64,000 bases of DNA from Neophaeotheca triangularis (taxonomy: Eukaryota), in contig BAAIJX010000023.1 in the NCBI GenBank assembly GCA_054600435.1, positions 1 through 64,000 of the forward strand, given 5' to 3'. Every line of letters begins with the position of its first letter. Positions within the stretch are counted from its first letter, which is position 1. Of this stretch, positions 1 to 11,861 are shown piece by piece. The notes below the pieces were generated by a model. That model worked only from the letters and a program-made list of their open reading frames with translations, ran no database searches and had not been told where the DNA came from. The translations under genes were made by a program, and so were the position numbers.

Positions 1-920
1 GGGGGGGGTTTTGGGAGGAATGCGTAGAATGGGAGAGGATGAATGGCAAGGGGGTTGGCTTAGGGTCAGTGTTTGTGTTGTCATGTGACGCCATCTACAG
101 TTGATAGAATGAGCCATGGTCGTCCGTGTGGAGCCACGATTACAGTCTCTCATATCGGTGTCTATAACGCTGTCACTGCTCAGCGGTGTGCATTTGCTTT
201 TGTCGTCTCACGGTGTTTGGAATGCGGTAATGATCCAATACATTTCTGTGCATGCCATCTCGCGCGATACCCTTTCCTGGAGACAATGCTGGTCAGCCGA
301 CTCCTACGCACATAGAGAGATGAAAGAAGTGCCGTACCCAGCACGGTCACCCAACGACAGACGAGAAAAGAGAAGTAAACCACTCGTGGCAGATAGTTAT
401 ACACAAAACACTAGCACTACCCTCGCCCTCGGCATCAGCCTCAGCCTCAGCCTCGAGAGTCTCTAAGCTAGTAGTCTCAAGCCTTCCCAATCGTAATCTA
501 AGTAAATCGAGCATATACCCCAACCGAAGCAGCCAGCTGGACAAGCAATTACAGAAGAAACAACCTTGGTGCCTTCCTTCAACAGCGCACAAAGCGTCGA
601 TCCACAAGCTTCCATATGTTTCCCCGGGAGTAAAAAGGCCTCGTCGTGCTGCTGCTGGTTGTATGGGGAGTTGCTAGTAGCACACCCATCGTGTGCCGTT
701 TAACGCCGTTTTGTATGCATGCATCGCTCGCTGTGCAAAGCCTTCCCGTTGTCGTAGATGAGACTCCGAGAAAGAGAGAAAAGAAACCTCCCGCACGCCT
801 TCTATGCCTTTGAGTCGAACCGTAACCGAAGAAAGAAAAACTCCATGCCGACGCCGTCGCTCGAATGCTTAGACAAATGCCCTTCACCCACGCGTTCGTC
901 CTTGTTGACGATGCTGGGTC

Positions 921-2786
921 TCACTGCTGCGGACCTTGAGGTGGACCGCCCTGCTGAGGACCCTGATTACCGGCCTTGGCGTAGATCCTCGCCATCTGCG
1001 CCTGCATGTCGGTCTGCTGCTGCGGATGGCCGGGCGCCTGGCCGCCGTACTGCTGCACGTATTGCTGGCCGGTGGCTTGCTGGTTGGGCACACCGTCGTA
1101 GCTGCCGAGCTCGACGCGCTTGCGCCTCTCCTCCTCTTCCTTGCTGATGCTCGAGCCCTGGCCGCCGTCGCGGGCGTCGGCCCAGCGCTTGAGGTTCTGA
1201 CTTGCGGTCTGGGTGTACAAGTTCGTGGAGGACGCGCGTGCTTGGGCGACCTTGCGCTGTTCGTTGTAGCGAGGGTCCATGAGCTCGATCTTGACGTGCT
1301 CGTCGTAGTCGGCGTCGTTGATCCACTGCTTGCAGTTGGGGCAGATGGACTTGGGTACGTTGCCGCGCTGCTGGCGGGCTTGGGCTGCAGGGACGTAGTT
1401 CTGGCGGATGTTGACGGGTGGAGGAGCGCGAGCTTGCATCTGAGCGGCGCGGGCACGTTCGCGGTCGGCGGCAAGCTGAGCAGCGCGAGACTCGTCGGTA
1501 TGTCCAAAGTCGACCGGCGGCTGTCCCCACTGCTGCTGTTGCGGCTGCGGAGGTTGAGGACCGAAGCCCTGCTGGGGTCCGGGGGAGAATGCTTGTGGGC
1601 CTGGCGGAGCGAACGGCTGCTGAGGCTGTGGCGAGAACGACGGCGGCATCTGGGGACCTGGCATACCGTAGGGACCCTGGGGTGGCATTTGAGGTCCGGG
1701 AGGTCCCATGTACGGGGCCTGCTGTTGCTGTTGATGTTGAGGGGGTTGTGGTCCCATAGGAGGTGCTTGTGGTGGCTGGTACGCCTGTTGTGCTTGAGGC
1801 ATGACGCCCTCCATTTCGAACGGTACAGCCTCCTCGAGTCTGCGGTTGGGATCGATGCGCCTTGCCGCCTTCTGCTCGAGACTTTGATGCTGGAGATCGT
1901 TCTTGGTCGTGGGTGGTGGTAGCTCGGCTTCATCGTCGTCGGCATCGAACGTGATGGTGTCTTGGATGTTGAAGTCGTGCCAGTCAATCTCCATGTAGGC
2001 GATGCGCTCTTTCTCCTCCTCTTCCTGCTTGGCCACCTTTTGCCCCTCTTGATGTTTCGCATACTCGGCCCTGTCCTGGGCGCGCTCCAAGATCTTGCGC
2101 TTGCCACCTTTGCTAGTGGTGCCGTCGTCTTGGATACGAGCCTTGCTGACCATCTCCTCCAAGTCCTTGATCCGCTTCTCCTGAGCCGGGCCGCCTTGCA
2201 TGAGTGTTTCAAACTGCTCAGCGTGCCTCATGTAGAATTGGTAGAGAGAGTGATGAGGGCGCATGAAGTCGAACTCTGGGTTGCCCGCCTCTCTCTGGCT
2301 GAGCTGAATGCCCCAGGTCTTCCCATTGGCAGCGACAAGCTTAGCCGAGATCTTGATGGCATCTTCGTCCTTGGCGTTGATGATGGGCCTGCGCGCACTG
2401 AACTGGAAGTCTGGCGGCTTCGGTGGGCCTTGGCGAACTGCCCTGCCTTTGCCGCTGACACCTGTGGTGCCGCTCTCTTGCCCTTCTGCCTGACCCGACG
2501 CAGAGACGAGGGGTCGGCCAGCCTTCACTTCGGCGAGGCGCCATTCGAAGTAGGCGTTGTATTCGTGGTTTGGCTGGACGAAACCGAGCCTTGGATCGTT
2601 CTTCTCGCGGATCCTGGCGAGCAAAGAGAAGTTGCGATTGACACCATTGGCGGTCTTTTCGACAATGGTGCGGACGGGAGGTGGAGGGATGACGGTGCCG
2701 AGAGGCGCCGCCTTGAGGGTGGTGGCTTCCACCTCCCTCGCGCTCCCATCCTGCGCTGGCGCCTGCTGGGTCGCCAGTGAGGCCAT
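921..2786 (-). CDS. PRP21: Splicing factor 3A subunit 1 (Prp21/Sap114, U2 snRNP)
   Basis: Two SWAP/SURP repeats (VIPPPPVRTIVEKTA...HEYNAYFEWRL; ISAKLVAANG...EFDFMRPHHSLYQFY), the PRP21-like motif IDWHDF, and a C-terminal CPNCKQ...HVKIELMDP. ATG at 2786 (MASLATQQ) chosen within ORF 921..2981. Intronless. Confidence 0.9.
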   Translation of the reverse strand: MASLATQQAPAQDGSAREVEATTLKAAPLGTVIPPPPVRTIVEKTANGVNRNFSLLARIREKNDPRLGFVQPNHEYNAYFEWRLAEVKAGRPLVSASGQAEGQESGTTGVSGKGRAVRQGPPKPPDFQFSARRPIINAKDEDAIKISAKLVAANGKTWGIQLSQREAGNPEFDFMRPHHSLYQFYMRHAEQFETLMQGGPAQEKRIKDLEEMVSKARIQDDGTTSKGGKRKILERAQDRAEYAKHQEGQKVAKQEEEEKERIAYMEIDWHDFNIQDTITFDADDDEAELPPPTTKNDLQHQSLEQKAARRIDPNRRLEEAVPFEMEGVMPQAQQAYQPPQAPPMGPQPPQHQQQQQAPYMGPPGPQMPPQGPYGMPGPQMPPSFSPQPQQPFAPPGPQAFSPGPQQGFGPQPPQPQQQQWGQPPVDFGHTDESRAAQLAADRERARAAQMQARAPPPVNIRQNYVPAAQARQQRGNVPKSICPNCKQWINDADYDEHVKIELMDPRYNEQRKVAQARASSTNLYTQTASQNLKRWADARDGGQGSSISKEEEERRKRVELGSYDGVPNQQATGQQYVQQYGGQAPGHPQQQTDMQAQMARIYAKAGNQGPQQGGPPQGPQQ

Positions 2787-4678
2787 CTTTGCGAAACTGT
2801 TTGCTAGTAGCAGCTCATAGTCAGCCTCTGTAGGAGAGGAGTCGCGGAGTGGGGGTGTCATACTTGCGCCTGGTTCTTTCTGCGCGGTTGGTGTGAGGTG
2901 AGTAGTGAAGGGCTGTGAAGCTGAGTGACTAGTTAGTAAGTCGGTGGAAAGTGAATTATACTGTTCAAATGATGCGTACAAGGTGAGGGTGAGGGTGCGC
3001 TACGGTGGCGCGAAGGTGGAAGGGTGTGAGTGTGGAAGAGAGAGAGTAGAATGTTTAAACGCGCGCAAGTGATGAAAGTCAATGAAGCTTTTGGCGCGCA
3101 CGTGGGGAAGGAGCGACGGGGGAAGGTAAGCCGAGGAAACTGGAGGCCCGTGCTTCGAGATATTTACGGCTCTCGGCCAACATTCATGCTCCTCCTCTTA
3201 GACATTATGGGTGGAAGGCGGAGGGTCAATGCTCAGCCATCTTCTGAGAAAGACAGTTGCAAGGTGTTGTCTGAGTATGCATGGCGCCCGGAGCAAGCTC
3301 ATGAACTTTTACAACAGCAACGGTTAAAGGGTTAACCCCATTCCGGGCTACATTCTCGCTTCTGATTTGCACCGCTGAGAAGTAGAATAGGAGAGAGGAC
3401 CCAGGTATACCTATTATAGAGGAGCAGATGGGGTGCTGTCTCATAGCATGCGAGTTGCCCGGGGCAAGGAACTCAAGAATTTGTACGATAGAAACAAAAG
3501 GCTATCTGAGCAGCTTTCTGCTGCGGCTGCTAGCGAACGAAGTACTCGCGGCGAGGTTTGAGCGCTCCAATCTAGGCGCAAAATGTGACAGAGCAGCCGC
3601 GTCCAATGGATTATTCCTCAGATGATAGGGTGGGAGAATTGGGATACGTGTAGCAAGATCCTGCCCAAGCTACACCTATCGGAACGCCCTGCCACTGCTT
3701 ACTCGTGGCAGGTTTTGGGGATGATATGTAGTCCTGTTGCGGTGGGTTGGAAAGGGCTACACTGCCTACTTGGTTCGCATCTTGTCGAGTGTAGCACCTC
3801 GACTTGAAGGCCCGGTAGAGTTGGCTTGATATGGAGCGAGAGGTGAGATAACTAATAAAGCGCGGGTTGGCAGAGGTCTGAGTGGCTACTACGCTTCTCG
3901 GCGACTGTCCAACGATATTTCGTCGAGGATAAGCAACCTGATAGGCAAAGAGCCTGATAAGGCTGACGAGACAGGACAGCTTGACATGTTGAGCGGGAGG
4001 AAGTAGTTGTCAAGAAGCTGCATAGCGGGAAGACAAACCGGTGAACCGGTAGGTCAACCAGCGGGACAATGGTGAAAAGTGGTACTGGTTAGTGGTACCT
4101 AGCCTAGGTATAAGAAGTTATAGGCCACCGGTGGCATCCAAATCCGAGATGCACCGTTCACGAGCGTTTGGTTGTGGTGGAGAGGACAAGACCAGTGCGA
4201 CGGATCGCGGACGGGTACAGCCGCCGCCAACAGCTCTCCCGTCTCTCCCGATCGTCTCTCGGGGTCTCTCCTTGCTGCACGTCGTCGGGCAAGCTCGAAA
4301 TAGAAGAGGTACTCTGTAATTAACACGTATGTATGGCCAGGACGACCACGGGCAGCACCTCCCGATCATCAGCTGAACGAGCCGCCGCGATAATACTTGC
4401 ATCCTGTCCCTTTGCACATCCCACTCCTCCTTCACTTCGTGTCCTTCCTTTCTCAATGACAGCCACTTGTCTTTCCATCGCTAACCTTTAGACATCCACG
4501 AAGCACGCCCCGGCTTGCTTCTTGGCTGCAACGCAAAGCTTAGGGGGAGGTGTTTCCGAGCACTAAATCAAATCCACGCGAACAGATACCTACATACATT
4601 CGCAGTCCACAACAACCTCAAACACGATCCCCTCCCCTCCCCTCCGGAGACACTCTCCAACCACACGACTTCGCCAAC

Positions 4679-7672
4679 ATGGCGGCCGCAACGGCAAAGC
4701 CCGACGCGTCGGAAGAGAAGAAACAGCAAGCCAATGGCTCAGCCGCAAAGTCGCAGCTGTCCGCTGTTCCCCAAGCCTCGTACAACGACTACACCTCCGA
4801 TGGTGTCAAAAACAACAACCTCATAAACCTACCGTCAGGAGACTGGGAAGCCCTTGCACTGCTCACCCTGCTCGCCTTCTTTGTGCGCCTCTTCCGCATC
4901 TACCAGCCCACCAGCGTCGTCTTCGATGAAGTCCATTTCGGCGGCTTCGCCAGCAAATATATCAAGGGGAAGTTCTTCATGGATGTACACCCACCGCTCG
5001 CCAAACTGCTTCTTACACTGGCTGGATATGCTGCGGGCTTCGATGGGAATTTTGATTTCAAGGAAATTGGCAAGGACTACCTCGAGCCAGGGGTGCCCTA
5101 TGTGGCTATGCGATTGCTGCCAGCCATCTGCGGTGTCTTGACCGTACCTACCATGTTCTTGACGCTGAAGAGCTTTGGATGCAAGACCTTTACCGCGGTC
5201 ATGGGAGCTACACTGGTCATCTTCGAGAATGCCTTGGTGACGCAGTCCAGGCTGATTCTCCTGGACTCCCCATTGATCATCTTCACTGCCATGACCGCGC
5301 TCTCCTGGGTCTCTTTCCAGAACCAACACGAACTTGGTCCCTCCAATGAGTTCACCCCTTCCTGGTGGTTCTGGCTGGCCTGTAGCGGTCTCTGCTTGGG
5401 AGCAACTGTCAGCGTCAAGTGGGTTGGATTGTTCACGATTGCTTGGGTGGGGTCCATCACGGCTCTGCAGCTTTGGGTGTTGCTCGGTGACACTAAGCAC
5501 GTGACGATGAGGAGATGGTTCAAGCATCTTTTTGCGCGCATCTTCTGCTTGATTGTTATTCCTGTCGCCTTCTACATGGCCATGTTTGGCATCCACTTCC
5601 TCTGCCTCGTCAATCCAGGAGACGGAGACGGCTTCATGAGCAGCGAGTTTCAGTCTACTTTGAACAACAAGGGTATGGCTGACGTTCCCGCGGACGTCGT
5701 CTTTGGCTCAAGAGTCAGCCTGCGCCACCACAACACTCAAGGTGGCTACCTGCACTCTCACACCCACATGTTCCCCACAGGCAGCAAGCAGCAGCAGATC
5801 ACTCTTTACCCTCACAAGGACGAGAACAACGTCTGGCTTCTTGAAAACCAAACGCAGCCTATCGACTTCGCTAACGACCCTACTGGCAACACCTCCGTCA
5901 AAGGCCCTCTTGCGTGGGATGGTTTCGAGCCCCAGAACATCGTTGATGGCTCCCTGATTCGGCTGTACCATGTCGTGACTGACCGTCGTCTGCACTCGCA
6001 CGACCACCGGCCCCCGGTTACCGAAGCAGACTGGCAATACGAAGTCTCGGCATACGGCTACGAAGGGTTCGAGGGTGACGCCAACGATCTTTTCCGCGTC
6101 GACATCGTCAAGTCCATGTCAGACGGCGCAGAGGCCAAGCAGCGAATGCGCACTATCCAGACCAAATTTCGTCTGACCCATGTCATGACTGGCTGCACGC
6201 TCTTCTCACACAAGGTCAAGCTTCCGGAATGGGGCTTTGAACAACAGGAGGTTACTTGCGCGAGGGGCGGAACCCTACCAAATAGCCTTTGGTATGTCGA
6301 GAGTAACGCCTACCCACAGATGGCGCCGGAGGCCGAGAAGGTCAACTACCGTAACCCTGGCTTCTTCGGCAAATTTTGGGAACTCCAGAAAGTCATGTGG
6401 ACTACCAACGCAGGACTCGTGGACTCTCACGCCTGGGACTCGCGACCTCCAAGCTGGCCAGTTCTTCGGAGGGGTATCAACTTCTGGGGCCGCGAGAAGC
6501 GCCAGGTCTACCTTATTGGCAACCCTCTGATCTGGTGGGCTAGCACTGCCGCCATTGCAACCTACGTCTTGTTCAAAGCAATTGCCCTGCTTCGTTGGCA
6601 GCGATCTTGCAACGATTACAAGAACACGACCTTCAAACGCTTCGACTACGAACTTGGAATCACGGTTCTCGGATGGGCCTTTCATTATTTCCCCTTCTTC
6701 CTCATGCAGCGTCAATTGTTCTTGCACCACTACTTGCCTGCGCTGTACTTCGCAATCATGGCGTTCTGCCAGATCCACGACTTCGTCACGACCCGTATCA
6801 GTGGCATCAAACTGAAGGAGAACCCGATCATCGGTCGTAGCAGCATCGTCATCTTCCTCGTTGCCAGCATCGTTGTTTTCGGTTTGTACTCGCCTCTGGC
6901 CTACGGCAACCCCTGGACAAAGGCGGATTGCAAGCGTGTCAAGCTTTTCGACACTTGGGACTGGGACTGCAACAACTTCCACAACAGCGTAAGTTCTCCT
7001 TTTCCCTTGTTTTGTGTCTTCGCAGAAATGTGATCAATGTACAAAGTTATTGAAGTACCTTACTGACGTGGCCTCTTCTACTTTTAGTACTCTGACTACA
7101 CCGGAATCACACCAAGTGCCTCGAATGCGGCGGCTTCCACCAAGCCCGCAGCTGGGCCTGCACCGCCAAAAGCCGACGATCCAAAGGAAGAAGTTCACGT
7201 GACACCACAGGCTGAAGCCCCTGTCAACGCCGGCAATCCCCACGACGCAATGAGCAACGAAGCCGTCGTCGAGAAGGTTGAGTACCGCGACGAAGAGGGC
7301 AACCTTCTCGACGACGAGCAGGTTGCGGCGCTGCAAGGTTCAGTGTCTTTCTCCACGCGCTACGAAACGCGCACGAGACTTGTTGATCAGGATGGCAACG
7401 AGCTTGAGGAGGGCCCGCTCGACCCGAACGAGGAGTATGAGTACGAGTACGAAGGCGTTGTTGAGGGCGACGGAGCCGGTGTTGCGGGTACCTACGCCGA
7501 GGGTGAGGACCCCGACACGCAGATGCCGATTGCCGAGTCTGAGGCGCCGTCTGAGCCCCCGAATGCCTCTGTGGGCGACGATGTTCAGAAGGAGAGGAGC
7601 ATCGAGCAGAGTGTGGAGACTGCTGAGCCCGAGGGCGAGCTCGGCAGGGAGACCGGCAAGGATGAGCTCTAA
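4679..7672 (+). CDS. PMT1: Dolichyl-phosphate-mannose:protein O-mannosyltransferase, PMT1 subfamily; intron 6989..7087
   Basis: VVFDEVHFGGFASKYIKGKFFMDVHPPLAKL motif, MIR domains (GGYLHSH, RRLHSHD) and many TM segments. Intron GTAAGT...TACTGAC...TTTAG joins in frame to the acidic tail in ORF 7199..7672. Confidence 0.93.
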
Positions 7673-8297
7673 GCGTGCAAGGGGGGAGCGGGGGGAGGGC
7701 ATGAGGTGTATGATATGATAGGCGTTGGGAAAAGTAGGAAGAGAGGCAAACAGCGTTACTTGATGGCTTTTCCTTTTCCCGTCTGGTATCTCTTTTCGAT
7801 GGCAGGATGGAAGAGTGCGAGTGCAACGAGTGCCTGCTTATCGATAATGTTTTAGTTTTAGTTTCAAAGGCATCACCCAGCCACCCGTCGTGGAATGCGG
7901 ACGTTTCTTCTACCTCTTAGCAAACAATTCTACGCCCGAGTACCACCACGTACACACAGAAACAAACACACTCAACACAGCGTGAGGCCACTACTGTTGA
8001 CAATCGCTCGCGTTCTCTTCCACCTCCATCGTTCGAATACTGAGACTTTCGTTGCTGTTTCAATTGACCCTGCCAAAAGTCGCGGGACGGTGACAATAGG
8101 ACAGCTACAATAGGCCCCACTCGCGCGTGTTAAGCCGGCGCGTCGTCTCGACTTGGCTTGTTCCTCTCCACCTACAACTCGCCAACTCGTACTACGAAAC
8201 CCTTCCTTACCCACACCGCATTTACATACGATCAAATATCACGCGTCAGCAGCTTCAGGGAGCTCACTACGCGTTTCCGCCAATTGGTCCAGCAACC

Positions 8298-11096
8298 ATG
8301 GCACCGCATTCCCACGCCTCGGACTCGGCCAATTCCTCCACCTCTGCCGCTTCCCACATCACTGTGACTCCTTCCAAACAGGCGGCAAACGCGCTCCTGC
8401 TCGCCTCGGACTCGGTTTCTCCTTCTCCCTCACCAGCCAAGAGCGCTACCTCGACTCCCAACCGCGGACGTGCCGTGGCAGCTTCTACCCCTACAACCAG
8501 CTTACCAGAGAGCACTGAAAGCGCCGCGTGCTCGCAAGACAAACGCGAATCCACCGCTACTGCTGTCGGCATTATGGATGGTGAGGGCCGCAGGAGCAGG
8601 CGTGCCAGACCAAGCGTGGCGACGTATGACTTGAAGAAGCTGAGTGCCGCGCAGCTCGAGGAGAGGGAGGTGGAAGCGTCGAGGAGGAATGTTAGTGGCT
8701 TGACTGGGCGGACGCTGGTAGATGATGAGGAGGAGCAGACACAGGCCCCAGAGGCTATTAGGAAAGCCGAGGCGATGGACTGGGAGGCTACGGCTGAGGA
8801 GGATTTGGCAGCTATGGGCGCTCCTTCCAGCAAACTGTCGAGGAAACCGAGTGTCAAGGATCGCGTCAAAAAGGCTGCGAATAAGGTTGGAAGCGTGCTG
8901 GGGAAGCGTGGTAGGGAAGTTGTAGAGGCTGGGAAGAGCAAGTTGGGCATGAAGGAGGAGAGCAAGGCGGATCCTAGGAGTGAGAGATTGCTCAAGCAGC
9001 TTGATACGGGGCCAAAAGGCTACCTTGATGAGCTGGACCTGGACTCGATTGTGGAGGAGAAGGAGATGGCTCGTCCTGCGAAGAAGGCAAAGACCAATGG
9101 CAAGGAACCGCTGAAGGAGATCTCGCAACCCCCCGTGCCCGCATCACTGAAGAGGACTGCAAGCGGTAAGCCAGGCAAGAAATGGCTTTCCCACGGCTTA
9201 TTCATGGGTCAAGAGGCCGATGTCGACTTCACGGCAAAAGGCAGAGAGAAGAAGGGACAGAAAGGCAGGCCCGGCTCTTCTGCTTCAGCAGATGCGAATG
9301 ATGCGCAAGTCGGAAAGGCCCGGTTCCCACCGCTACCAATGTTCAACTACCTTGAGAAGACGCGCGACTTTCTCGTACCTTTCGACGTCTTCGCACCATC
9401 GTTCAAGAGAGGGGATGACAAACCCAAGGACTGGACAAGACTCAACCGCAATCGCCTCGTTGGCGAAGCCAAAGATTTGTGGGAGAAGGAAGAGAAGCTA
9501 CCGCAATCCATGTGTATCTGCCGGAAGCCCAAAGAAGGAGAAAAGGGTTGCGACGTAAACTGCTGGAATAGGGACATGGAGTACGAATGCAATGAGAGGA
9601 ACTGTGCCCTGCTTCCCTTTCAGTGCAGTAACCGCGCTTTCTCCGAGCTCACGGCACGTACCAAGAAAGGCGGAGCTTACGATGTCGGCGTCGAGGTCGT
9701 CAAGACTAACAACCGCGGCTTTGGCGTTCGATCCTGCCGTACCTTTGAACCTGGCCAGATCATCATGGAATACACAGGCGAGATTGTGTCCGAAGAGGAG
9801 TGCGAGAGGCGCATGCACGAGGAATACGCAGGCAAGGCGAACTACTATCTCATGGCGCTGCAGAGGGGTCTAATCATTGACGGAACGAAGGGTAGCATGG
9901 CTCGCTTCATCAACCACAGCTGCGCGCCAAATTGCACAGTCAAGATGGTCAAAGTCAATGGTACCCCGCGTATGGGTGTCTTTGCCGGCGAGGAAGGCAT
10001 CATGACAGGCGAGGAGCTGAGCTACGACTACAATTTTGACAACTTCGGCGAAAACCGTCAAGTCTGCTATTGCGGTGCGCCCAACTGCAGGGGCTTCTTG
10101 AGTAAGCGACTCAATGCTGCTGAAAAGAAGGCTGCCGAGAAAGAGGAGAGGGAAAGGCTGAAGAGGGAAGCTGAGGAGGAAGAGCGTAAGCGTGTTGAAG
10201 AGGAGCGAAAGAAGGCTGTCAAGACTGATAGAGGCAGTGGTTGGAGGGGCTGGGTGCCTGTCGCCGAAGTCAAGGAGATGCTTGTCGAAGAGAAGCGCAA
10301 GAAGGAGGAGCAGGAGAAGAATAGCACCCGTGCCAGGCGTCTTGCCGCTCGGCGTGGTGAAGCAGTCGCCGACGAGCCTACTCCCGCCCCAGAGCCAAGG
10401 GGCACCAAACGCAAGAGCGTCGAAATCACCAACGACACCACCACCAACACTTCAGCTGGTGCAGCAGAATCATCCAAGCCCGCCGTCAACGACACCTCCG
10501 AAGAGAAGAAACGCCCCAAGAAGCTGGCCAAGAAGAACCCACGTCCTTCAAACACCAAGCGCACCACCAGCGTCACCACAACTAAGACTACCGTAACGTT
10601 CCCTAACCTAACATCAAACGATATACCAATTTCTCACGACGAGTCGACTAACAGCACCGCAGAAGAAGCTGAGCAAGCCACTGTCCCTCCAGCAGCGTGC
10701 CACTCGAGCCCGAGCCAAGCTCCCCCTCCCGCTACGCACGTGGGCGCAGACGCAAACCCAACTGCTAGCGCGGGAGCTGAAGCAGGCGAAGACGAAGACG
10801 ACGGAGTCCAGCACCAGCAACTCCTCCACGAAGACCGGCCTTGCTCCAAGCACTCGCACCACTACCGCAAAGACTCGACCAAGTCCGCCGAAAGCGAGGC
10901 AAAGTCTGCTCACAAGGGCAAAGCGAGCGAAGGCGGTTTCTTCGCCGGTCTCGGCGAGTCGGTCAAGTCTGCTTTCGCTAAGAAGGGCGGCTTGGGTGGA
11001 AGCGGGGCTGAGACGGGGAAGCAGCAAAGGGAGGCCAAAGGCAAGGCCAAGGGTGAGCTTAGGCAGTCTACGCTTTCTTTTGGGAAGAGGGGGTAG
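8298..11096 (+). CDS. ASH1: SET-domain histone lysine methyltransferase, Ash1-like (H3K36)
   Basis: AWS Cys cluster (CICRKP...GCDVNCWNR...ECNERNC), SET motifs RGFGVR, ARFINHSCAPNC and GEELSYDYNF, and post-SET CYCGAPNCRG. No WW/SRI domains as in Set2. Confidence 0.85.
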   Translation: MAPHSHASDSANSSTSAASHITVTPSKQAANALLLASDSVSPSPSPAKSATSTPNRGRAVAASTPTTSLPESTESAACSQDKRESTATAVGIMDGEGRRSRRARPSVATYDLKKLSAAQLEEREVEASRRNVSGLTGRTLVDDEEEQTQAPEAIRKAEAMDWEATAEEDLAAMGAPSSKLSRKPSVKDRVKKAANKVGSVLGKRGREVVEAGKSKLGMKEESKADPRSERLLKQLDTGPKGYLDELDLDSIVEEKEMARPAKKAKTNGKEPLKEISQPPVPASLKRTASGKPGKKWLSHGLFMGQEADVDFTAKGREKKGQKGRPGSSASADANDAQVGKARFPPLPMFNYLEKTRDFLVPFDVFAPSFKRGDDKPKDWTRLNRNRLVGEAKDLWEKEEKLPQSMCICRKPKEGEKGCDVNCWNRDMEYECNERNCALLPFQCSNRAFSELTARTKKGGAYDVGVEVVKTNNRGFGVRSCRTFEPGQIIMEYTGEIVSEEECERRMHEEYAGKANYYLMALQRGLIIDGTKGSMARFINHSCAPNCTVKMVKVNGTPRMGVFAGEEGIMTGEELSYDYNFDNFGENRQVCYCGAPNCRGFLSKRLNAAEKKAAEKEERERLKREAEEEERKRVEEERKKAVKTDRGSGWRGWVPVAEVKEMLVEEKRKKEEQEKNSTRARRLAARRGEAVADEPTPAPEPRGTKRKSVEITNDTTTNTSAGAAESSKPAVNDTSEEKKRPKKLAKKNPRPSNTKRTTSVTTTKTTVTFPNLTSNDIPISHDESTNSTAEEAEQATVPPAACHSSPSQAPPPATHVGADANPTASAGAEAGEDEDDGVQHQQLLHEDRPCSKHSHHYRKDSTKSAESEAKSAHKGKASEGGFFAGLGESVKSAFAKKGGLGGSGAETGKQQREAKGKAKGELRQSTLSFGKRG

Positions 11097-11861
11097 AAGC
11101 TCGCTTGAAGTTCGAGAGGGTGGTGGGTGGGATAAGGGATGGTTGGGGGAGTTGACGGAGCGGATGCTGGGGCTGGGGGCAGATTTGGTTAGGGGAAGGG
11201 TGCCGGGTGGGTTTTGAGGGCGGTGTTGGGTTTGGTCTGCGCGCTATCGGTTGTGATTGCATCAAGTGGGGTGCCGGAGGCTATGCCTGCATTTTTTGGG
11301 GTTTCGCGTAGGGCAAGTCTCGATATACGAGGCCCACCTGCTTTGAGCAAATTGAAGAGCATGGCATTTCTCCGGGTTTCGTTTCGTGAGCAACGCGTAT
11401 AGCATTGCACTATCATTGTCGATTTTCGACAACATCCACTCCTCAGAGCGTCCGATGTCACAAGCTATCAAAGGTCCACAGGTGTTTATTGTTAGCTTTT
11501 GGCGGGGTTGTATACGAGCTGCTTTGAGTGACTCTTGCACCGATTTTGGACGAGTCGTCGAGCACATTCATAGGACATTCAGCCCGAAAGGCCGGGTAAT
11601 CGAGAGAAGCATACTGTAGGTATCTTGGTGGTTTATATAGTAAGTATAGTACTCTCGATTCTTGGCGCCTTGAATCCGACAACTAGCGCAGTAGCTGGAC
11701 AGCCAATTAGGCAAGCGTATGAGGCTCTGTCGCAACTTCACAGCATCGATCCAATGCTCCTATCTCTGTACTTTCCTTCAATAAACTCGCATACCATTTC
11801 AGATCGACTGTAGCAGACCGGTCGAGAATTAACTGTTCATTAACACAGACAGTTTCTATCG

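Noticed and set aside
884..2212. 442-aa alternate-frame ORF and 328/272-aa antisense ORFs over PRP21
   Set aside because: Shadow ORFs expected from high GC3 codon bias; low-complexity R/S/P translation with no motifs. The same applies to antisense ORFs over PMT1, SND1, CDC27 and the kinase.
4550..4678. GTG/TTG-initiated N-terminal extensions in the ORF track (PMT1, ASH1, ERF2, CDC27, GH2)
   Set aside because: The track uses bacterial-style starts. Downstream ATGs have good eukaryotic context and match the expected protein starts.
11189..11813. Several short ORFs between ASH1 and FSH1
   Set aside because: No homology recognisable by eye and no coding bias; treated as intergenic.
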